A stretch of 32,000 nt of DNA from Geobacter sulfurreducens PCA (GTDB lineage Bacteria > Desulfobacterota > Desulfuromonadia > Geobacterales > Geobacteraceae), in NCBI RefSeq assembly GCF_000007985.2, contig NC_002939.5:3090001-3122000 (forward strand), written 5' to 3'. Below the pieces are notes generated by a model, which was not told the origin of the DNA, searched no databases, and saw only the letters and a program-made list of their open reading frames with translations. Each line of letters starts with the position of its first letter. Within the stretch, counting starts at the first letter, position 1. This document shows positions 8,712 through 18,905 of this stretch, in pieces. The position numbers and the translations under genes were made by a program.

Positions 8712-9602
8712 CTATATATCCTTATGCCGATTCAGTAGCGACCAAAACGCGCACAGCAATCTGGTCTTGTACCCGGATTGCCTGGTCTGGAGTGACAGGG
8801 TTCTTTTCAAATCCAGCGGACACGCAATTTCAACCAGCCAACCATGTTCCAGTTCCCTGTTAACGGCAATCCTCGAAAGGCAGCCTACCCCCAGCCCCGC
8901 CTCAATTGCTTTCTTGATCGCCTCGGTATGCCCTAATTCCAGGCTGATCGAGAAGGAGATGCCTTTCCCCGCCATCGCGCCCTCAAAAACCTCCCTTGTC
9001 CCGGAGCCCGTTTCACGCATGATCCACGGGGCATTTCCCAGCATCTCCACCGACGCTGCGCCATCGCATGCCCATGGGTGCCCTTTGCCGACCACGACAA
9101 CGAGCTCATCTTTTTTCCAGGGAGTGGAGTCAAGAACGCCGGAATGCGGAATCCCTTCGATCAAGCCGAGATCAAGTTCTCCCTTTTCCAATGCGTGCTC
9201 TATCTGGTGGGCATTTCCGATAGTAAGCAATACCTTTGCATCGGGATAGTTCCCCGAAAATTCGGCAATCAGCTCAGGCAGGATATAGTTGCCGATCGTG
9301 GTGCTTGCGCCGACATTCAGGACCCCCCTTGGCTCGCCGGCGGAATCTTCCAAAAACTGCTCTATCGCCCGGGTTCTCCTGACCACCTCTTCTGCTTCAG
9401 GCAGTATTTTCCGGCCGCGGTCATTCAGGAGCAGCCGCTTGCCGCGCCTCTCGAAAAGCGGAGCCCCCGCCACTCGCTCCAATTCGGCGATAGCCATGCT
9501 CACGGCCGATTGAGTCAGAAAGAGTTGAGTGCTTGCCTGTGTTACATGCTCGCATTGTGCAACTTTTTCGAATATTTCCAGCTGCCTCAGACTAATCGCC
9601 AT
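8712..9602 (-). CDS. LysR-family transcriptional regulator (YeiE-like, divergent from the YeiH-family gene)
   Basis: N-terminal wHTH LRQLEIFEKVAQCEHVTQASTQLFLTQSAVSMAIAELE followed by a LysR substrate-binding domain. Divergent arrangement with a UPF0324/YeiH gene, as for E. coli yeiE-yeiH. Confidence 0.85.
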   Translation of the reverse strand: MAISLRQLEIFEKVAQCEHVTQASTQLFLTQSAVSMAIAELERVAGAPLFERRGKRLLLNDRGRKILPEAEEVVRRTRAIEQFLEDSAGEPRGVLNVGASTTIGNYILPELIAEFSGNYPDAKVLLTIGNAHQIEHALEKGELDLGLIEGIPHSGVLDSTPWKKDELVVVVGKGHPWACDGAASVEMLGNAPWIMRETGSGTREVFEGAMAGKGISFSISLELGHTEAIKKAIEAGLGVGCLSRIAVNRELEHGWLVEIACPLDLKRTLSLQTRQSGYKTRLLCAFWSLLNRHKDI

Positions 9603-9630
9603 CGTCTTCCCTTATAAATAATACTGATCA

Positions 9631-9645
9631 TAATAATTTTTATTA
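9631..9645. promoter_or_regulatory. Candidate LysR-type operator in the divergent promoter region
   Basis: Perfect inverted repeat TAATAA-TTT-TTATTA inside a very AT-rich 108-bp intergenic region. Confidence 0.3.
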
Positions 9646-9710
9646 CTCATTTTTTATTATATTCAAGGTGGTCTATGATGCAACTAAATAGATGCAGAAA
9701 GGAGTGCGAC

Positions 9711-10643
9711 ATGAACGGCAGCAACCTGCGCAGGGGGACATTCACCATACTTCTGGCGTTGTGCGCAACCCCGTGGGTCGGCACGGCCCAGGCCCTGGTC
9801 ATGGGAATAGCCCTCGGCCTTTTGCAGGCAAATCCGTGGCCACGGCAGACCGCCCGGTATAGCAAAATGCTCCTGCAGGCCTCGGTAGTCGGACTTGGCT
9901 TCGGGCTCAGCCTCGGCGAGGTGATACAAACCGGAAAGGATTCCATCTGGTACAGCGTAATCGGTATCTCGTGCACGCTCTTGGTGGGCTATGGCCTCGG
10001 CAAGCTGTTCAAGACGGGCACCAACACCTCGGCCCTTATTTCGTTCGGCACCGCCATTTGCGGCGGCAGCGCAATCGCAGCCATGGCGCCGGTTCTGAAG
10101 GCGAAAAGTGACGAAACCGCCGTAGCGCTGGCAACGGTCTTTACCCTTAATTCCGCTGCGTTGCTGCTGTTTCCACTGGTAGGGCACTGGTTGCAGCTTG
10201 ACCAGAATACCTTTGGCGTCTGGTCGGGACTGGCCATCCATGATACCAGCAGCGTTGTAGGCGCCACATCGGCATATGGCGCCACGGCATTGGCCATCGG
10301 GACGACAGTCAAACTTACCAGAGCCATCTGGATAGCACCGGTCGTCATGGCGGCCTCCCTGATCAAGGGTGGCGAGCAGCAAGCCCGGATTCCGCTGTTT
10401 ATCATCGGATTTCTCGGCGCGGCAGCCATCAGGACACTGTTGCCGTCCTATGAACATTTCTGGGGAGAACTGGCTGGCGTCGCCAAGCAATGCCTTGTCG
10501 TAACCTTGTTCTTGGTCGGAGCCGGGCTGAGCAGGGAGGTAGTGAAACAGGTCGGAATCAGGCCTCTGGTTCAGGCGGTTAGTCTGTGGGTTCTGGTGAG
10601 CGCGCTTACGCTCGTCGCTCTGAAATTGCCGTGGTCGGCATAA
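9711..10643 (+). CDS. YeiH/UPF0324-family integral membrane protein (putative sulfate-exporter family)
   Basis: ATG 9711 preceded by AAAGGAG with a 6-nt spacer. Polytopic membrane protein with family-typical blocks: GLGFGLSL, FGTAICGGSAIAA, LAIHDTSSVVGA, TVKLTRAIWI. Confidence 0.8.
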   Translation: MNGSNLRRGTFTILLALCATPWVGTAQALVMGIALGLLQANPWPRQTARYSKMLLQASVVGLGFGLSLGEVIQTGKDSIWYSVIGISCTLLVGYGLGKLFKTGTNTSALISFGTAICGGSAIAAMAPVLKAKSDETAVALATVFTLNSAALLLFPLVGHWLQLDQNTFGVWSGLAIHDTSSVVGATSAYGATALAIGTTVKLTRAIWIAPVVMAASLIKGGEQQARIPLFIIGFLGAAAIRTLLPSYEHFWGELAGVAKQCLVVTLFLVGAGLSREVVKQVGIRPLVQAVSLWVLVSALTLVALKLPWSA

Positions 10644-10682
10644 GGGAGGAGCACACGCATACTGTGCCGACATCATACATTT

Positions 10683-10732
10683 CTGCAGGCTGCAAGTGGA
10701 ATCCCTATCCGGCTCCCACTCACAGCCTGCAG
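10683..10732. repeat. Long imperfect inverted repeat at the convergent yeiH-family/nifK junction (probable shared terminator-like hairpin)
   Basis: CTGCAGGCTG (10683-10692) pairs with CAGCCTGCAG (10723-10732), with an inner AGTGG/CCACT extension. There is no U-tract on either strand. Confidence 0.4.
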
Positions 10733-10757
10733 AGCTACAGGCACCTACGCAGTCAAC

Positions 10758-12227
10758 TTACCGCATCATCTCGAAGAACCGGTCCTCACAAGTCTCGTCG
10801 GTGATGTCGAGGAACTTGTTGCAGATCTCGGTCAGCATATTGACCACGCCCTGGTAGCCGATGATCGGGTAGCGGTGCTTGTTGACCCGGTCGAAGATCG
10901 GGAAGCCGAAGCGGAAAAGCGGGATACCGGCGTCGCGGGCCGCGAACTTGCCGTGGGTGTCACCGATCATGGCGTCCACCGGGTCGGTCATGAGCAGGCT
11001 CCGCATGTGCCAGAGATCCTTGTTGATGTAGATCTTGCAGCCGGCGCCGTAGGGAGAGGTATCGAGCAACGCCTGGATTTCCTTCTCCAGCTTCTTTGTC
11101 CCCTTGCTGCAGAGGATGTGATAGGGCTTGGCGCCCATCTCCAGCAGAAAGGAGACGTAGCCGAGGAGCTGGTCGGGATCGCCGTAGACGGCGAACTTTT
11201 TGTTGTGGATGTACTGGTGGGCATCGGTCATGGCGTCCACGGCCCGGCCCCGCTCCTCCTTCAGACTCTCGGGGACCGGCTTGCCGAAGAGCTCCGACAG
11301 CTTCTTGAGGAAGTCGTCGGTCTTGGTGACTCCCATGGGCATGGGAAGGGACGCATGCTTACCGGAATAGGAGTCTTTAACCCAAGAGAAGGTCTTTGCC
11401 GCCGAATAGGGCCCCAGGTTGAGGGTGGCCTTGCCGTTGATGGAGTCGGCGGCGTCATCCAGCGTGGTGCCGCCCGGATAGGGGCGGTACGTGCCGTCCA
11501 GGGGCGAATCGAACACGTCGGAGATGTCGCCGAGGATGGTGTAGGGAATGCCGAAGGCCTCGAGAATCCGCTTGTACTCCCTGAAGTTGCCGGTATTGGC
11601 GTCGAAGCCGGGGATCAGGTTAAGCTTGCCCGTGCAGCGACCCTCCACCTGTTTGCCCGCGGTCAGAGTCTGCAGGATGGAAAGGAGCATGGCGTCGTAG
11701 CCGTGGATGTGTGAGCCGTTGAAGCTCGGGGTGTTGGCGTACGGGGTCGGCATGTCCGCCGGGATGATCCCCTTGTTGCGGGCGTTCTTCAGGAACGCGG
11801 TCAGGTCGTCGCCGATGATCTCCGGCATGCACGAGGTGAAGACGGCGACCATCTTGGGCTTGTAGAGAGCGATGGCGTTTTCCAGCCCCTCGTGGAGGTT
11901 GTTCTGGCCGCCGAACACGGCGCCGTCCTCGGTCATGGCATCGGAAACGGCCGGCGCCGGCTCCCGGAAGTGCCGGTTGAGGGTGGAGCGGTAGTAGGAG
12001 GCGCACCCCTGGGAACCGTGAACGAATGGCAGGGTCCCCTCGAAGGCGTGGGCCACCAGTTCGGCCCCCAGGGGCTGACAGGCGTGGGCCGGGTTGATCA
12101 CCAGGGCCTGGCGGGCGAAGTTCTTCTCCTTGTACTCTTCAGTGTTGATCCATTCGGCGACTCTCTTTACTTCTGCGTCATCGTATTCGGTGACCGGCTT
12201 GACGGCGAGTCCGAGTTGGTTGCTCAT
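10758..12227 (-). CDS. nifK: Nitrogenase MoFe protein beta chain
   Basis: 489 aa. NifK blocks: INPAHACQPLGA, FVHGSQGCASY (P-cluster Cys ligands), FTSCMPEIIGDD. Follows nifD. SD AAAGGAGA upstream. Confidence 0.93.
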   Translation of the reverse strand: MSNQLGLAVKPVTEYDDAEVKRVAEWINTEEYKEKNFARQALVINPAHACQPLGAELVAHAFEGTLPFVHGSQGCASYYRSTLNRHFREPAPAVSDAMTEDGAVFGGQNNLHEGLENAIALYKPKMVAVFTSCMPEIIGDDLTAFLKNARNKGIIPADMPTPYANTPSFNGSHIHGYDAMLLSILQTLTAGKQVEGRCTGKLNLIPGFDANTGNFREYKRILEAFGIPYTILGDISDVFDSPLDGTYRPYPGGTTLDDAADSINGKATLNLGPYSAAKTFSWVKDSYSGKHASLPMPMGVTKTDDFLKKLSELFGKPVPESLKEERGRAVDAMTDAHQYIHNKKFAVYGDPDQLLGYVSFLLEMGAKPYHILCSKGTKKLEKEIQALLDTSPYGAGCKIYINKDLWHMRSLLMTDPVDAMIGDTHGKFAARDAGIPLFRFGFPIFDRVNKHRYPIIGYQGVVNMLTEICNKFLDITDETCEDRFFEMMR

Positions 12228-12248
12228 GGCGATTCTCCTTTACGGCCG

Positions 12249-12264
12249 GGGACCAATCCGTCCC
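12249..12264 (-). promoter_or_regulatory. RNA hairpin GGGAC-GGAUUG-GUCCC just 5' of the nifK SD
   Basis: 5-bp stem with a hexaloop. Shares the 10-mer ACGGATTGGT with the hairpin 5' of the nifH SD, and the outer stem pairs are swapped in a compensatory way. Confidence 0.35.
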
Positions 12265-12394
12265 ACGACCGGGTTTGGTTTTGTTTTTTCCATCCGACGC
12301 CGATTTTCGTCAGGACCGTGGCGCCGATGAAGAGCGCGGAGGCCGCACAAACGATGACGAAGGCACGCCGAGATGGCGGAAAAGCGGACTCCGT

Positions 12395-13834
12395 CTAGAA
12401 CGGCGACTTGATCAGCGACCACGTGGGGCTATTCACCGCCATGTCAATGTCCCGGGCAAAGATCGGGAATCCCTGGTAGCCGTGATAGGGACCGGAGTAG
12501 TCCCAGCTGTGCATCTGGCGGAAGGGAAGCCCCATTTTCTGGAACACGTACTTCTCTTTGATGCCGGAGGCAACCAGGTCGGGCTTGATCTGATGGGCGA
12601 ACTTCTCCAGCTCGAACTCGGAGGCATCGTCAAAAATGACCGTATCGACCGGCATCTCGGGGGAGGTCCGCTCGTAGTCGTCGCCGTGGGCGAACTCGTA
12701 GCCGGTGCCGACAACCACCATCCCCAGGTCCTCGTAGGCGCCCACGGTGTGGCGGGGACGGAGACCGCCGACGTAGATCATGACCTTCTTCCCTTCGAGC
12801 CGCGGCCGATACTCGTCGATCACCGCCTGCATGATCGGGTCGTACTTGGCAATGACCTTTTCCACGTTCTCCTTGATCCTGTCGTCGAACCGCTCACCAA
12901 TCGCGCGCAGGCTCTCCTTGATCTTGCTGGGGCCGAAGAAGTTGAACTCCAGCCAGGGGATGCCGTACTTCTCTTCCATCACGCGGCACATGTAGTTCAT
13001 GGAGCGGTAGCAGTGGATGAGGTTGAGCTTCACCGTGTGGGTGGCGGCGATCCGGTCCAACTCGCCGTCGCCGGTCCAGGTGGCCTTCACGTTGAGGCCG
13101 ATCTCCTCCAGCAGCGCCTTGGCGCTCCAGACGTCACCGCCGATGTTGTAGTCGCCGATAAGGGCGATGTCGTACGGGCTCTCGGGCTCGGCAAACTCCC
13201 GGGTGCCGATGATGAAGTCGCGGATGGTGTCGTTGGAAATGTGGTGGCCCAGGGACTGGCTGACCCCGCGGAACCCTTCGCAGTTACAGGGTATGACCGG
13301 GATGTCCAGCTCCTTGGCGGACTGCTTGGCCACGGCGTTGATGTCGTCGCCGATGAGGCCCACCGGACACTCGGACAGGACCGAAATCCCCTTGGCCAGC
13401 GGGAACAGTCCCTTGGCCTCCTCCAGCAGTTGCTTCAACTTCTTGTCCCCGCCGTAGACGATATCCTTTTCCTGGAAATCCGACGTGAACTGCATGCCGA
13501 AGTTGGTGACCCCGTTGATGCCGCTCATCAGGTTGCGGCGAGTACCCCAGGAGTACCAGCCGCACCCCACCGGACCATGGGAGATGTGAACCATGTCGCG
13601 GATGGGGCCCCAGACGACCCCCTTGGCGCCGGCGTAGGCGCAGCCCCGGGCGCTCATGACGCCGGGAACGGTCTTGCGGTTGGACTTTACGCAGGAACTG
13701 ACGCCGTCGTTGGGGGCCAGGTGTGGAGCGCGCTTCTTACGCCCTTTTTCCGGGTAAACCTCCAACACCTTGTCGATCATCTCCTGAGTCGACTCTTTGG
13801 TTATTCCTTCAACTCTTTTGGCTGCATTGGACAT
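12395..13834 (-). CDS. nifD: Nitrogenase MoFe protein alpha chain
   Basis: 479 aa. NifD blocks: [45 protein letters not shown], and the FeMo-co His region [18 protein letters not shown] upstream. Confidence 0.95.
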   Translation of the reverse strand: MSNAAKRVEGITKESTQEMIDKVLEVYPEKGRKKRAPHLAPNDGVSSCVKSNRKTVPGVMSARGCAYAGAKGVVWGPIRDMVHISHGPVGCGWYSWGTRRNLMSGINGVTNFGMQFTSDFQEKDIVYGGDKKLKQLLEEAKGLFPLAKGISVLSECPVGLIGDDINAVAKQSAKELDIPVIPCNCEGFRGVSQSLGHHISNDTIRDFIIGTREFAEPESPYDIALIGDYNIGGDVWSAKALLEEIGLNVKATWTGDGELDRIAATHTVKLNLIHCYRSMNYMCRVMEEKYGIPWLEFNFFGPSKIKESLRAIGERFDDRIKENVEKVIAKYDPIMQAVIDEYRPRLEGKKVMIYVGGLRPRHTVGAYEDLGMVVVGTGYEFAHGDDYERTSPEMPVDTVIFDDASEFELEKFAHQIKPDLVASGIKEKYVFQKMGLPFRQMHSWDYSGPYHGYQGFPIFARDIDMAVNSPTWSLIKSPF

Positions 13835-14012
13835 AAGTATTCTCCTGTCAAAGGCCGCACAGTGTGCGCCCTTACCTGGTTGCGCGGAACCGTTGGCGAA
13901 CGATTTTGAGGCCGGCCCGGTGAGGGGGTGGGTAGCAGGGCATGAGCACAGCAGTGCTGCGCCGCATCACACGCTCCCGAACGCCGGTGCCGGGATTGCC
14001 TCCACGCATTCG

Positions 14013-14974
<962 letters not shown>

Positions 14975-15036
14975 CTTGCCTGCGTTCAGCAGCGAATACT
15001 CCGGCGTATTCTCGTCTGTATGTTTGATAGTGGTAT

Positions 15037-15052
15037 AGCACCGTCCATGCCA
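15037..15052 (-). promoter_or_regulatory. Sigma54 (-24/-12) promoter of nifHDK
   Basis: Minus strand TGGCATGGACGGTGCT against the consensus TGGCACG-N4-TTGCW. GG and GC are at the correct 10-nt spacing. About 155-170 nt upstream of the nifH ATG. Confidence 0.6.
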
Positions 15053-15200
15053 ACCAGCAACACACTGAATTAACTAAGCTTTACAGGCAAGCAATTTCCA
15101 CGGCCGCCTCTTTCCCATGCATCTGCACAACAATTAATCACACACAGCATGCCACATTGTGTTTTTCATCCATCCGTCCGCAGCAGTCCTTCAACTGCCT

Positions 15201-15232
15201 AAAAAATAGAAAGGGCGCCCACCGGGCGCCCC
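15201..15232 (-). terminator. Rho-independent terminator of the ANTAR response regulator gene
   Basis: Minus strand GGGCGCCC-GGT-GGGCGCCC followed by TTTCTATTTTTT, 24 nt after the stop codon. Confidence 0.7.
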
Positions 15233-15255
15233 CTTACCACCATCCGTTCCCGCCG

Positions 15256-15834
15256 CTACGCTTCGGTCAGCAGAATCGCCTCGGCAATCTGGCGCATGCT
15301 CTTGCGCTTGTCCATGGCCAGCTTCTGCATCTTGCGGAACGCTTCGGGCTCCGTGAGCCCCTGGTTCTGCATCAGGATACCCTTGGCCTTTTCAACGATC
15401 TTGCGACTCTCCAGGGTTTCCTTCAGGTCCTCAACCTGCTCCTTGAGGAGCTCCACCTCTTCGGCATGGGCACAGGCCAGCTCGATGGCCGGCCAGAGGT
15501 CCTGCTCCCGGAACGGCTTGGCAAGGAAGCCGCCGATGCCGCTTTCCCGTGCTCGCGCAACCGTGTCTGCATCATAGCAGGCCGTCAGCAGGATAATGGG
15601 CACCTTCAGACGCTGCCGGATCTCGCGGGCCGCCGCGATGCCGTCTTTCTTCGGCATCGACACGTCGAGAATGATGACGTCGGGAAGCTTGGCAAACGCC
15701 ATCCGAACGGCCTGCTCGCCATCCCCGCACTCCACGATTTCATCGAAACCAAGCTCCGTGAGCTTATTTTTTAAGCTCATCCTGATAATCGGTTCATCGT
15801 CGCATATAAGGACACTTCGCACTAAAATCACCAC
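15256..15834 (-). CDS. Response regulator with REC + ANTAR RNA-binding domain (AmiR/NasR/GnfR-type antiterminator)
   Basis: REC domain (ICDDEP..., ILDVSMPKKDG, LLTA). Coiled linker. ANTAR domain LESRKIVEKAKGILMQNQGLTEPEAFRKMQKLAMDKRKSMRQIAEAIL. The start is uncertain: GTG 15834, or GTG 15825, which has AAGGTGG upstream. Confidence 0.85.
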   Translation of the reverse strand: MVILVRSVLICDDEPIIRMSLKNKLTELGFDEIVECGDGEQAVRMAFAKLPDVIILDVSMPKKDGIAAAREIRQRLKVPIILLTACYDADTVARARESGIGGFLAKPFREQDLWPAIELACAHAEEVELLKEQVEDLKETLESRKIVEKAKGILMQNQGLTEPEAFRKMQKLAMDKRKSMRQIAEAILLTEA

Positions 15835-15992
15835 CTTATCTCGTTTTATCCACCAAAACCCGCCTCTGTTCCCCCTCTATTCAGCATAAAGTGTTCCAAT
15901 CCTATTCTCGCCCGGCCCCGTCATTACGTCTTTACATCACCGCTCATCGTGCCAGAATAGAAAAAGCGTCTGAAAGCTCCGGAGGGTTGTGC

Positions 15993-16982
15993 ATGAAAAG
16001 GACTCTACTCATTGCCGCGGCGATTCTCCTGGCGGCGGCTGTGATTGCCGCCCTGCTCCTGCGTCGCAACGGCACTGCGGATGGTATTGTCAGGGTTTCG
16101 GGCAACATCGAGGTCACCGATGTGGAACTGGGCTTCAAGATACCGGGCACAGTGCGCGAACGCCTGGTGGATGAAGGCGTGATGGTCGAGACGGGCCAGG
16201 TGGTGGCGCGGCTGGACGACGATGAACTCCGCCTGGAGGTGGCCCGGGAGGGGCGGCAGGCAGAGGCACTGGCGGCCCAATTGCGTGAACTGGAAACCGG
16301 CTTCCGGCGGGAGGAGATCGCTCAGGCTGACGCAGCCGTGAAGCGCGCCCAGGCCGATGCCGACCGGCTGGAGGCCGACTTTGCCCGCCAGGAGGCGCTC
16401 TTCAGGCGCGAGGTCATCTCCCGGCGCGACTACGATGCGGCAAAGGCTGCCCGAGATGCCTCCCAGGCCCAGTTGCACGAAGTGCAGGCCCGGCAGGAGC
16501 TCATGCACCGGGGACCTCGCCGCGAACAGATCGACGCCGCCCGCGCCCGCCTCAACCAGGCGCGCGAGGCCCTGGCCCTGGCACGTACCCGCCTCTCCCA
16601 CGCCACCCTGGCCGCCCCCCTGAACGGGCTGGTTCTCTCGAAGCACGTGGAGCCGGGGGAACAGGTGGCGGCAGGCACCCCCATCATCACGATCGGCGAC
16701 CTGTCGAACACCTGGCTGAGGGCCTACATCCCGGAAACCGACCTGGGGCGGATCAAGGTGGGACAGAAGGCGCGGATCAAAAACGACACCTGGCCCGATC
16801 GGCGCTACGAAGGGACCATCACCTTCATCTCTCCCGAGGCCGAGTTCACCCCCAAGAACGTTCAAACCGACAAGGAACGGGTGAAACTCGTCTACCGCAT
16901 CAAGATCGCCATCCCGAACCCGAACCGGGAGCTCAAGCCGGGGATGCCGGCCGATGCCGAGATCATCACCGGGAGTCCATGA
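15993..16982 (+). CDS. HlyD-family membrane fusion/periplasmic adaptor protein (YbhG-like)
   Basis: ATG 15993 preceded by GGAGGG. N-terminal TM anchor. Long Ala/Arg/Glu-rich coiled coil. C-terminal beta-barrel blocks: APLNGLVLSKHVEPGEQV, FTPKNVQT, KPGMPADAEI. Confidence 0.85.
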   Translation: MKRTLLIAAAILLAAAVIAALLLRRNGTADGIVRVSGNIEVTDVELGFKIPGTVRERLVDEGVMVETGQVVARLDDDELRLEVAREGRQAEALAAQLRELETGFRREEIAQADAAVKRAQADADRLEADFARQEALFRREVISRRDYDAAKAARDASQAQLHEVQARQELMHRGPRREQIDAARARLNQAREALALARTRLSHATLAAPLNGLVLSKHVEPGEQVAAGTPIITIGDLSNTWLRAYIPETDLGRIKVGQKARIKNDTWPDRRYEGTITFISPEAEFTPKNVQTDKERVKLVYRIKIAIPNPNRELKPGMPADAEIITGSP

Positions 16983-17007
16983 CCGGAAAGCGCCGGATAC
17001 CTGACCC

Positions 17008-17940
17008 ATGCATGCCATCGACACCGAAAACCTGACCAAACGCTTTGGCGAGCTCACCGCCGTGGACGGCCTCACCCTCACCATCGCCCCGGGCGAACTC
17101 TTCGGCCTCGTGGGCTCCGACGGGGCCGGGAAAACCACCACCATGCGGATGCTCTGCGGCATCATGGACCCAACCGAAGGCCGGGCCCGAGTGCTTGGTC
17201 GGGACACGGTGCGCGAGGCCGAGGCGATCAAGGCCGAAATCGGCTACATGAGCCAGCGGTTCGGCCTCTACCCGGACCTCACGGTGCTGGAGAACATCCA
17301 CTTCTATGCCGACATCTACGGCATCCCCCGCCGGGGACGCGACGCAACAATCGACCGGCTGCTCGCCTTCAGCAACCTGGCCCCATTCCGGCGCCGCCAA
17401 GCGGGCAACCTCTCCGGCGGCATGAAGCAGAAGCTGGGGCTCGCCTGCGCCCTGATCCACACCCCCCGGATCCTCTTCCTCGACGAGCCCACCAACGGCG
17501 TCGACCCGGTTTCCCGCCGGGATTTCTGGCGCATCCTCTACCAGCTCCTGCGGGAGGGGGTGACCATCTTCGTGACCACTGCCTACCTGGACGAGGCGGA
17601 GCGCTGCAACCGGGTGGGCCTGATCCACCAGGGTCGGCTTTTGGCCTGTGACGCCCCTGACCGGCTCAAGGGGCTGATGCGGGGAACGATCCTCGAAGTG
17701 CGCACCGATGCCGCCCGCCAGGCGGCGCGCATCCTTCGCTCCGGACTCGACGGGACCACGTCCGTGGGGCTCTTCGGCGACCGGGTCCACGTGGTGACCG
17801 AGGCGCCGGATCGGACCCGCTCCGCCGTCGAGGCGCTCATGGCCCGGGAAGGGCTTCCTCTCAGGGGTCTGCGCCCCATCGAACCGAGCCTGGAGGACGT
17901 CTTCGTGTCGGTCCTCCCCGCCCGGGACGGTGCGCCATGA
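17008..17940 (+). CDS. ABC transporter ATP-binding protein (ABC-2/DrrA type), copy 1
   Basis: Walker A GSDGAGKTT, signature LSGGMKQK, Walker B ILFLDEPT. Stop overlaps the next start (ATGA). Confidence 0.9.
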   Translation: MHAIDTENLTKRFGELTAVDGLTLTIAPGELFGLVGSDGAGKTTTMRMLCGIMDPTEGRARVLGRDTVREAEAIKAEIGYMSQRFGLYPDLTVLENIHFYADIYGIPRRGRDATIDRLLAFSNLAPFRRRQAGNLSGGMKQKLGLACALIHTPRILFLDEPTNGVDPVSRRDFWRILYQLLREGVTIFVTTAYLDEAERCNRVGLIHQGRLLACDAPDRLKGLMRGTILEVRTDAARQAARILRSGLDGTTSVGLFGDRVHVVTEAPDRTRSAVEALMAREGLPLRGLRPIEPSLEDVFVSVLPARDGAP

Positions 17941-18905
17941 CCGCGCCCGAATTCGCCGTCACCCTGCAGGACCTGGAGCGCCGCTTCGGCGACTTCATCG
18001 CCGTGAACCGGATATCCCTCGATGTGCGGCGGGGGGAGATCTTCGGGTTCCTGGGCCCCAACGGGGCCGGCAAATCGACCACCATCCGGATGCTCTGCGG
18101 CATCCTGCCGCCGAGTTCCGGCAGCGGCACCGTGGCCGGGTTCGACATCGTCCGCCAGGCCGAGGAGATCAAAAAAAACATCGGCTACATGAGCCAGAAG
18201 TTTTCACTTTACGAAGACCTGACCGTGGAGGAGAACATCGACTTCTACGCCGGCATCTACAGAATTCCGGTCGAGCGGCGGCAGGAGCGGAAGGAGTGGG
18301 TAATCGGCATGGCAGGGCTAGCAGAGCATCGCCGCAGCCGCACCGCCATTCTCTCCGGCGGCTGGAAGCAGCGCCTGTCGCTGGGCTGCGCTATCCTCCA
18401 CGAGCCCCCCATCGTCTTTCTCGACGAACCCACCTCCGGCGTCGACCCCATCAGCCGTCGTGCGTTCTGGGACCTGATCTACCGCCTGGCCGGCGCGGGG
18501 GTCACGGTCTTCGTCACTACCCACTACATGGATGAGGCCGAGTACTGCGACCGCCTCGCCCTCATCTACCGGGGAGAGCTCATCGCCCTCGGCACGCCGG
18601 AAGAGTTAAAGACCGAGCGGATGGTTGAGGAAATCGTGGAGGTAGCCTGCGACCGCCCCCAGGAACTGATGGAAGAGATCGAGGCGATTCCCGGGGTAAA
18701 GCACGCCGCCCTCTTCGGCCGGGGGCTCCATGTGGTGACGGAAGACGCCGTGGCAACGGTCCCGGCCATCGCAGGGGTTCTCGCGGCCCGGAGAATCACC
18801 GCCGACCGCATCGAAAAGATCATTCCTTCGCTGGAAGACGTTTTCGTATCCCTCATTGAAGCACGCGATCGGGAAGAAGGCGCCCTGCGGGAGTTCAGCC
18901 GATGA
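17937..18905 (+). CDS. ABC transporter ATP-binding protein (ABC-2/DrrA type), copy 2
   Basis: Walker A GPNGAGKST, signature LSGGWKQR, Walker B IVFLDEPT. ATGA overlaps at both ends. Confidence 0.9.
   Translation: MTAPEFAVTLQDLERRFGDFIAVNRISLDVRRGEIFGFLGPNGAGKSTTIRMLCGILPPSSGSGTVAGFDIVRQAEEIKKNIGYMSQKFSLYEDLTVEENIDFYAGIYRIPVERRQERKEWVIGMAGLAEHRRSRTAILSGGWKQRLSLGCAILHEPPIVFLDEPTSGVDPISRRAFWDLIYRLAGAGVTVFVTTHYMDEAEYCDRLALIYRGELIALGTPEELKTERMVEEIVEVACDRPQELMEEIEAIPGVKHAALFGRGLHVVTEDAVATVPAIAGVLAARRITADRIEKIIPSLEDVFVSLIEARDREEGALREFSR

Noticed and set aside
12237-12287. 17-codon ORF MEKTKPNPVVGRIGPRP in the nifD-nifK spacer.
   Set aside because: It has no Shine-Dalgarno sequence and no recognisable peptide family. 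It overlaps the conserved hairpin, so it is more likely non-coding structured RNA.
14980-15011. Calling the two tandem leader hairpins a bona fide ANTAR dual-hexaloop target.
   Set aside because: The first loop is a hexaloop (GCCGGA) but lacks the conserved A at position 1. The second loop has only 5 nt. The arrangement is suggestive but does not meet the published consensus as I remember it, so it is kept only as a hypothesis inside the leader finding.
15081-15106. ACAGGCAAGCAA... resembling the start of a GEMM-I (cyclic dinucleotide) riboswitch, a class that is common in Geobacter. Other intergenic regions were also scanned for the motif.
   Set aside because: Only a short partial resemblance on the plus strand, with no downstream plus-strand gene, no GNRA-tetraloop/receptor arrangement and no second conserved half. 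No convincing riboswitch was seen anywhere in the window.
15939-15954. TGGCAC on the minus strand upstream of the ANTAR regulator gene, considered as a possible sigma54 promoter.
   Set aside because: The downstream GC dinucleotide is 2 nt too close (TGGCACGATGAGCGGT), so the -24/-12 spacing is wrong. I therefore cannot name the promoter of this gene.
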